A DNA stretch of 64,000 nucleotides from the human T2T-CHM13v2.0 reference genome, Homo sapiens: NCBI RefSeq assembly GCF_009914755.1, contig NC_060925.1; one strand, 5' to 3'. This document shows positions 53,924-64,000 of this stretch, piece after piece (the first letter of the stretch is position 1; each line of letters opens with the position of its first letter). The notes under the pieces were generated by a model. The model made no database searches, had not been told where the DNA came from, and was given only the letters and a program-made list of their open reading frames with translations. A program made the position numbers and the translations under genes.

Positions 53924-56486
53924 GTGGCAAGATGGCTGACTAGATGCAGCTAGGAGGAACATCTGCCACCAAGGCCAGGACACAGGGAAGACTGGTGCAG
54001 TCCAAGCAGATCTTCAGAAGGATGGCATTGAGAGTGGATGGAGGCAGGACACAGACACTGGGCTAAAGGGGGAAGAAGGTGTAACCCTGCATGGGGCTAC
54101 TGTAAACCAGGACTCATTCCTGGCCCTGAGTGACTCCTAGGGTAGGGGTGAGTTGAGCAGACAAAAAGTGACCCACCCTCCCCATGGACCTCTGAAATCT
54201 GGGCAGCAGGTGAGCCCCATGACTCACATGGAACACATGAGCTAGCAAGGAGAGCTGCTTAGAGAGGTGGTAGGGGCAGGGCTCCAGTCTGTTTGGAGTC
54301 CAGAGGGTTTGGTGTGGGAACTTCTGCAGGGAAGTATGGCCAGGGACGCTCATCCCCCAAGGCTTGCTTTGCTCACCTACAAGACTCTAGCCTTAGGAGA
54401 ACTGTTGGGACTGAACAGAACAGGATGATCTCGCCTGTGAGACAGGGCCAGTCTGACCTGAATGCCTTTCTGTCTCCTGGCCTCTCCTGGGGCCCCAGCC
54501 TGGCTGTGCCTGCTTTCAGTGCATCCTGGGGTGCCTCTCAGAGGCCACATCATAGCTCCTGTGCTGGTAGAACATGCCTGACAGTCAGAGAGCTCCAGCA
54601 GAGTGGACTTTCCTGACATGCACCAGCCCGCTTGTACCCTCCCCCTACTGCAGCCTTCCCTGTGCCACAGCCACCCCGTCATAGCTTTACCAGTGCATGT
54701 GTGCATGGGTGGACCTCACCTCCCTTTCTCTGCTGGTGCGTGGGTGTGCATGCACCCCACTGTGTCATTGCCGCTGGTATGAATGCACCCACCACCCTCC
54801 ACCACTATGCTGCAGGATTGCCGTTGCCCTGCCCCATGATGACACTGCTGCAGGTGCTGATGTGCACACAGACCCCAGCAGTTCCCGCCCTTCAACTCCC
54901 ACCTGTGCCAACACTGCCACAGCTGCTAATGTCCATACAGAGGTTGGCAGCCCCAAGCCCATCAGTGCCCCACCCCAGCTGACAAGCATGCACCCTGTTT
55001 CATTGCTGTTGCTGCTAGCATGAGCTGCCACCACTCAAAAAAGTGCTTGGAGTGTTGGGGCCAGCAGTCCAGGAACACCTCAGCCCCTCCAGTGAAACAG
55101 GTTCCCAGCCTTGAGGGGGCAGAGAACAATGCCAGGGGCCTGATACCAGCTCCCCGAGGTTACAGCATGCAGCCCAGGAGTGCTGAGCTATGCCTTCAAA
55201 TATCTACTAGAAACAAATATCTGCTAGGAATGAAGAAGATAAAAGCAAAAACCCCACAAACCTATCCAAAGGATGGCAACTTCAAAGATGGAAGAAACAT
55301 CAGCCCACACAGATGAGAAAGAAGCAGTGCAAGAACTCTGGCAACTCAAAAAGCCAGAGTGTCTTCTTACTCCAAACAACCACACTAGTTCCCCAACAAT
55401 GGTTCATAATCAGGCTGAAATGGCTGAAATGACAGAAATATAATTCAGAATATGGATAGGAATGAAGATCATCAACATGCAGGAGAAAGTCAAAACCCAA
55501 TCCAAGGATTCTTAAGAGACGCAATCAAATGATACAGGAGATGAAAGATGAAATGGCTGTTTTAAGAAAGAACAAAACTGAGCTGATAGAACTGAGAAAC
55601 TCAATTCAAGAATTTCAGAATACAATTGCAACTATTAATAAAATTGGCCAAGCTGAGGAAAGAATCTCAGAGCTTAAAGACCTGCTCTCTGACATAACTC
55701 AGTCAGACAAAAATAAAAAAAAAACCCATAAATAAGAATGAACAAAATCTCTGAGAAATTTGGGATTATCTAAAGAATCCAAATCTATGAATCACTGGTG
55801 TGTCTGAAAGACAGGGAGAGAAAGCAAGCAACTTGGAAACCATATTTCAGGATATCATCCATGAAAACTTCCCCAACCTTGCTAGAGAGGCCAACATTCA
55901 AATTGAGGAAATGCAGAGAACTCTGGTGAAGTACTTCACAAGAAGACCATCCCCAAGAAACATAGCCATCAGATCCTTCAATGTTGAAATGAAAGAAAAA
56001 TGTTAAACGGAAAATGTTAAAAATGTTAAGGGAGCCCCATCAGGCTAATAGTGGACCTTTCAGCAGAAAGACTGCAAGCCAGAAGAGAAGAGGGGCGTAT
56101 ATTTGGCATTCTTAAAGAAAAGAATTTCGAGCCCAGAATTTTATATCCAGCCAAACTAAGCTTCATAAGTGAAGGAGAAATAAGATCCTTTTCAGACAAG
56201 CAAAGGCTAATGGATTTTGTTACCACCAGACCTGCCTTATATGAGGTTCTGAAGTGAGTGTTAAACATGGAAAGGAAAGACCATTACTGGCCACTACAAA
56301 AACACGCTTAAATACATAGACCAGTGACACTATAATGCAATCACACAAACAAGTCTGCATAACAACCAGCTAACAACCTGATGACAGAAACAAATCCAGA
56401 CATATCAATATTAACTTTGAATGTAACTGGGTTAAGTGCCCCAATTAAAAGGCATACAGTGGGCAAGTTGCATAAAGATGCAAGAC
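53924..56486 (+). mobile_element. L1PA15/16-type 5' portion (5'UTR, ORF1, start of ORF2)
   Basis: GGCAAGATGGCTGACTAGATGCAGC start; ORF1 remnants IFQDIIHENFPNLAREAN and RILYPAKLSF. Confidence 0.8.
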
Positions 56487-57883
56487 GGAAGATCATGGCA
56501 GATGGGAGGCAGGACTAGATTGCCGCTCTGGACAGAGTAGTGGGAGGTGGCCCACACTGTGAAGTTTAGCTCCAGATTGACTGCAAGAAGAAACCAGCAA
56601 TCCTGAGAGGATCCACAGACCCTCTGTAGGAAGTAGACTGATCCTGCAGGACCCAGGACACCCCTCAAAACTGCGAGTGCCCAACTGTGGATGTGGGAAA
56701 GGGAGACTCTCCTCTCCCGAACACACACCCCCACTAGAGAAGCTGAAGGTCTGTTTGTGGGAGAAGTCTCCGACTTTACCTGGAGCTGAGTCAATTCGGA
56801 GAGCTGAGTGAAATACAGGGGTAGAGGAAGCAGCAGAAAGGCCCTGGGAGCTGGCTGGGTCTCCTAGCAGGCCATTCTTGTCTGGCACCACAGGGATCCA
56901 ACCAGAGAGGAGCAGGGGGTAAAACTACACAGGAAGAAGCAAATCTCTAGCTGAACTTTCTAACAATTTGAATGGGGTGAGAAGTCTCCTGACCAGAACT
57001 TGGGGGAGGGTGCATCTGGTGTGCAGACTGCACAGGTGGGGAAGAACCAAGCCCTTTTCTTTCATATCTGGGAGGCGGATAGCCTGAGGCAGGTTTTCAA
57101 GCCCATATTGCTCTCCACCTGGAAATGGTCTGGAGGCTGTTGGGGGAGGGGGCATGGTGGGAGTGAGACCCAGCCCTTTGGTTTGCATGGGAGCTGGGTG
57201 AGGCCTGTGACTGCCGGCTTTCCCCTACTTCCCTGACAACCTGCCTGACTCAGCAGAGACAACCATAATCCTCCTAGGTACACAACTCCATTGACCTGGG
57301 AATCTCACCCCCATCCCCCGAAGCAGCCGCAGCAAGACCCGCCCAAAGAGAGTCTGTGCTCAGACACACCTAGTTCTGCCACCACCTGATGGTCCTTCCC
57401 TACCCACCCTGATAGCAGAAGACAAAGGGCATATAATCTTGGGAGTTCTAAGGCCACACCCACTGCCATTTCCTCCCCATAATACCACAGCTGATGCTCT
57501 TTGGAAAGTGCCACCTCCTGGAAGGAGGCTAACCAGCACAAAAATAGAACATTAAACCGCCAAAGCTAAGAACCTTCAAGGAGTCCATTGGACCCCCCTG
57601 CCACCTTCACTGGAACAGGCACTGGTATCCATGGCTGAGAGACCCATAGATGGCTCACATCACAGGAATCTCTGCAGACAACCTTCAGTACCAGCCTGGA
57701 GCCGGGCAGACCTGTTGGGTGGCAGGACCCAGAAAGAGACAACAATCACTGCAGTTCAGCTCACAGGAAGCCACATCCATAGGAAAAAGGGGAGAGTACT
57801 ACATCAAGGGAACACTCCGTGGGACAAAATAATCTGAACAACAGCCTTGAGCCCTAGACCTGACAGGTCTGACAGAGCCTACC

Positions 57884-58364
57884 TGTTAGATATGAGTTCT
57901 AAATTTCTCTTCAAAGAATCAATATGTCAGTTTGTTCAATTCTTTGCCTTCTACTTTTAAACTTAACTTCCCCATAAAGCAACCTTTTTTGATTACCTGC
58001 TCCATCTGACTCATTCTGATTACCTGCTGATTCTCCACCCTGACTCATTCCGATTTCCTGCTCTGCCATAACCATTTTTCCCACCAAACCACTCATCCCA
58101 TCACTCTCTTTAAATTAGCCAATCAGAATTAGTTTAGCCTGTGCAGTCTAACCCTAGCCAATAGGGGAACAACACAGAAGCAGGTGCCATGTACATCAAG
58201 GATAAGGACCCCTTCCCTTCCCTTGTCCAAGTGTGCACTCACCAATTGCTCCATCTGTAAGGGTGCACCCTTCTATAGAAGTACATTGTTTTGCTGAGAA
58301 TTAAAAAGAAAATTTTATATTCAAGGGCTATTTCTTTTGTGGCATCAAAACTTTATTTATAACA
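57884..58364 (+). mobile_element. LTR10-type solo LTR (HERV-I/HERVIP10)
   Basis: TGTTAGATATGAGTTCTAAATTTCTCTTCAAAGAATC...TTTATAACA; 4-bp TSD TACC at 57880-57883 and 58365-58368; repeat units with TGACTCA; two CCAAT boxes. Confidence 0.88.
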
Positions 58365-60845
58365 TACCCAATTGAGAAGGAACTGGAATACCAACCCTGG
58401 TAATATGACAAAGCAAGCCTTTTCCATACACCCCCAAAATCACACTAGTTCACCAGCAATGGATCCAAACCAAGAAGAAATGCCTGATTTACCTGAAAAA
58501 GAATTCAAGAGGTTAGTTATTAAGCTAATCAGGGAGGAACCAGAGAAAGGCAGGGCCCAATGCAAGGAAATCCAAAATGTGATGCAAGAAATAAAGGGAG
58601 AAATATTCAAGGAAATAGATAGTTCAAAAAAAAAAATTCAGGCAACTTTGAACACACTTTTAGAAATGCACAATGCTCTGGAAAGTCTCAGCAATAGAAT
58701 TGAACAAGTAGAAGAAAGAAATTCAGAGCTTGAAGACAAAGTCCTCAAATTAACCCAATCCAACAAAGACAAAGAAAAAAGAATAAGAAAATATGAACAA
58801 AACCTCCAAGAAGTCTGGGATTATGTTAAATGACCAAACCTAAGAATAATTTGTGTTCCTGAGGCAGAAGAGAATTCTAAAAGCTTGGAAAACATATTTG
58901 GGGGAATAATTGAGGAAAAATTCCCCAGCCTTGCTAGAAACCTAGACATCCAAATACAAGAAGCACAAAGAAAACCTGGGAAATTCATCGCAAAAGGATC
59001 TTCACCTAGGCACATTGTGATCAGGTTATCTAAAGATAAGCCAAAGGAAAGAATCTTAAGAGCTGTGAGACAGAAGCACCAGGTAACCTATAAAGGAAAA
59101 CCTATCAGATTAACAACAGATTTCTCAGCAGAAACCCTACAAGCTAGAAGGGATTGGGGCCCTATCTTCAGCCTCCTCAAACAAAACAATTATCAGCCAA
59201 GAATTTTGTATCCAGTGAAACTAAGCATCATATATGAAGGAAAGATACAGTCTTTTTCAACAAACAAATGCTGAGAGAATTCACAATTACAAAGCCACCA
59301 CTATAAGAACTGCTTAAAGGAGCTCTAAATTCTGAAACAAATCCTGAAAACACATCAAAACAGAACCTCTTTAAAACAGAAATCACACATAACAGAAATA
59401 AAACAAAAATACAAGTTAAAAAGCAAAAACCAAAAATCCAAAGTACACTGGCAACAAAGAGCATGATGAATGAAATGGTACCTCACATTTCAATACTAAC
59501 ATTGGTTGTAAATGGAACAAATGCTCCACTTAAAAGATACAGAATCACAGAATGGATAAGAACTCACCAACCATCTGCTGCCTTCAGTAGACTCATCTAG
59601 CACAAAAGTACTCACATAAACTTAAAGTAATGGGGTAAAAAAAGGCATTTCATGCAAATGGACATCAAAAGCAAGCAGGGTTAGCTATTCTTATATCAGA
59701 CAAAACAAACTTTAAAGCAACACAGTTAAAACAGGTAAAGAGGGACATTATATAATTATATTATATAATGGCCTTGTCCAACAGGAAAATATCACAATTC
59801 TAAACATATATGCACCTAACACTGGAGCTCCCAAATTTATAAAACAATTACCAATAGACCTAAGAATGAGATGGACAGCAACACAATAATAGTGGGGGAC
59901 TTCAATACTCCACTGACAGCACTAGACAGGTCATCAAGACAGAAAGTCAACAAAGAAACAATGGACTTAAAGTATACCTTGGAAGAAATGGACTTAACAG
60001 ATATATACAGAACATTTCATCCAACAACTGCAGAATACACATTGTATTCAACAACGCATAGAACTTTCTCCAAGATAGACCGTATGATAGGTCACAAAAT
60101 GAGCCTCAATAAATTTAAGAAAATTGAAATTATATCAAGCACCCTCTCAGACCACAGTGGAAGAAAACTGGAAATCAACTCCAAAAGGTATCTTCAAAAC
60201 GATGCAAATAAGTGGAAATTAAGTAACCTGCTCCTGAATAAGCATTGGGTCAAAAACAAAATCAAGATGGAAATTAAAAAATTATTCGAACTGAATGACA
60301 ATAATGACACAACTTATCAAAACCTCTGGGATATAGCAAAGGCAGTGCTAAGAGGAAAGTTCATAGCTCTAAATGCCTACATCAAAAAGACTAAAAGAGC
60401 ACAAACTGACATTCTAAGGTTACACCTCAAGGAACTAGAGAAACAAGAACAAACCAAACCCAAACCCAGCAGAAGAAAGAAAATAACCAAGATCAGAGCA
60501 AAACTAAATGAAATTGAAACAACAACATCAAAAAATGAAACAAAAAGCTGATTCTTTGAAAAAAATAAATAAAATTGATAGACTATTGGCAAGATTAACC
60601 AAGAAAAGAAGAGAGAAAATCCAAATAACCTCACTAAGAAATGAAACAGGAGATATTACAACTGACACCACAGAAATATAAAAGATCAATCAAGGCCACT
60701 ATGAACACCTTTATGCACATAAACTAGAAAACCTAGAAGAGATGGATAAATTCCTGGAAAAATACAATCCTCCTATGTTAAATCAGGAAGAATCAGATAC
60801 CCTGAACAAACCAATAACAAGCAGTGAGATTGAAATGATAATTAA

Positions 60846-61978
<1,133 letters not shown>

Positions 61979-63152
61979 ACAAATCAGTAGCTCTTCTATA
62001 CACCAACAGCGACCAAGTGGAGAATCAAATCAAGAACTCAACCCCTTTTACAATAGCTGCAAAAGAAAAAATAAAAATAAAATACTTAGGAATATACCTA
62101 ACCAAGGAGGTAAAAGACTTCTACAAGGAAAACTACAAAACACTACTGAAAGAAATCATAGATGACATGAACAAATGGAAACACATCCCATGCTCATGGA
62201 TGGGTAGAATCAATATTGTGAAAATGACCATACTGCCAAAAGCAATCTACAAATTCAATCCAATCCCTATCAAAATGCCACCATCATTCTTCACAAAATT
62301 AGAAAAAACAATTCTAAAATTCATATGGAACCAAAAAAGAGCCCACATAGCCAAAGCAAGACTAAGCAAAAAGAACAAATCTGGAGGCATCACGGTATCT
62401 GATTTCAAACTATACTATAAGGCCATAGTCACCAAAGCAGCATGGTACTGGTACAAAAATAGGCACATAGACCAATCGAACAGAATAGAGAACCCAGAAA
62501 TAAACCCAAACACTCACAGTCAACTGATCTTTGACAAAGCAAACAAAAACATAAAGTGGGGAAAGGACACCCTTTTCAACAAATGGTGCTGGGATAATTG
62601 GCTAGCCACATGTAGGAGAGTGAAACTGGATCCTCATCTCTTACCTCAAGATGAATTAAGGACTTAAACCTAAGACCTGAAATATAAAAATTCTAGAAGA
62701 TAACATTGGATAAACCCTTCTAGACATTGGCTTAGGCAAGGATTTCATGACCAAGAACCCAAAAGCAAATGCAATAAAAACAAAGATAAATAGCTGGGAC
62801 CTAATTAAATTAAAGAGCTTTGGCACAGCAAAAAGAACGGTCAGCAGAGTAAACAGACAACCCACAGAGTGGGAGAAAATCTTCACAATCTATACATCAG
62901 GAAATACAGTCTTTCCGTGTTTTCAAGAAGAGGTGATGAGACTCGTGAGCATCTAGCTGGTCTGCCACAGTGCTTTATTACTACTCAGCCATAACTATTA
63001 AAACCCTTTTGGAACAAATAGGGATCTTAGAATTTGGATCTTACCAACCTTCTTTATAGGTTAATTTTCCTCCTCTTCTATCTTCTCCCAACTTACTCCT
63101 CTCGTTCCAACAAAAGGAGCTATGTGCTCTTCCCTGAACAATCTTCCAAGTA

Positions 63153-63855
63153 TGTAGGTTTTATACTATGCCAATTTAGCTGAACTATAACTATGAATCT
63201 CAGAATTAACGTCTGTATGGTTCTGCATTAGAGTTGGTTCCAAGAGACATTTGTGCAGGATTTGGGAGGTGGAAGCAAAGCAGCAGGCATCATGCTCAGC
63301 AGGGCAATGCAAGGCCCAGAGCCGGCTCACCTGGAAGATGTGGGACAACTGCTGGACCCACAGCTCCTCCAGCTCTTGCCACTCTTTCAACTTCTTTGAG
63401 CCCTGGGCCAGGAATAAGTGTGTTTTGTGGTGAAGAATACCAGCTTCTTCCACACGGCACCTGCACTATTAGTAAGAGACAGATGCTGGTTGCACTTTGT
63501 CTTTGTATGTTCCAACTTGTTTTTAAAGGTCTTCTTTGTCTTGTACCTTAAGGTTTGTCCTTGCTGTCTCATGATTTGTGTCCTGATTTTTTTTTAAATC
63601 TTCCACACCTGATGACCCACAGCGACTTTGGACCAACCACTAGACACAGAGACAACCACCTTCCATTGCTTTTTCCACCAGTTTCCATTTTTTGTTGTCT
63701 CTGATCAGTGACGTTTTCCTGATCCTCCATTCTTCCCCTTCCAGGCTTTTACATTCCTAGCTTCTCCAACAACTCTGTTAGGTTTAATTTCTACAATAAA
63801 TCTCTTATTCCATACCTGTCATACTGATTGTGCTTCCCTGATGGAGCCCTATATG
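63153..63855 (+). mobile_element. MLT2E/F-type ERVL LTR
   Basis: TGCCAATTTAGCTGAACTATAACT...GATTTGGGAGGTGGAAG...AATAAATCTCTTATTCCATA...GCTTCCCTGAT. Confidence 0.6.
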
Positions 63856-64000
63856 AGGGAATGTCTCTGAGTCTTTGCATGTACTGCCTCCTCTATCTGG
63901 AATGTCTTTTTTCTTTTCTCTGTTGTGTTGTAATTCATACTTCAAGGTTGAGCACAGATATCACCTCTTTTATTAGTGTGATACTGTTCCTCTTAAGGGA

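Noticed and set aside
54293-55316. Cluster of GC-rich overlapping ORFs
   Set aside because: Within the L1PA15/16 5'UTR; stop-poor because of composition
57990-58070. Short spaced repeats resembling an array
   Set aside because: Internal tandem units of LTR10; no unique spacers; eukaryotic context, not CRISPR

Overview
Primate (human or great-ape-like) nuclear DNA: AT-rich and mostly interspersed repeats. I cannot support any host protein-coding gene, RNA gene or CRISPR array; every long ORF in the track is an L1 ORF1/ORF2 remnant, an Alu or LTR read-through, or an antisense shadow. Main contents: two near full-length + strand L1s (L1PA6-like 1483-6890; L1PA7-like 45892-52353), a 5'-truncated - strand L1PA3-like copy with an open 847-aa RT/C-terminal ORF, an L1PA13-like copy, a nested L1PA15/16 > L1PB > (LTR10, Alu) stack, about 15 Alus, MaLR/MLT2 LTRs, hAT and piggyBac fossils, and a deleted HERV-T (HERVS71/LTR6) provirus at 41700-43418. 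Most interesting signals: (1) the HERV-T env remnant shows a strong APOBEC3-type G-to-A signature (seven Trp positions are TAG/TAA; about 8 GG and no GGG in ~1080 bp of + strand); (2) a 120-bp inverted copy of 37476-37595 sits inside an L1 at 34750-34869; (3) an L1 carries an antisense Alu piece inside its TSD (5' transduction) plus an in-frame 717-bp ORF2 deletion; (4) two L1s 44 kb apart share derived lesions, suggesting patchy gene conversion; (5) a 3' transduction; (6) many small fold-back or templated-insertion scars. I found no new gene system. Subfamily names and consensus comparisons come from my recollection of consensus sequences, not from a search.
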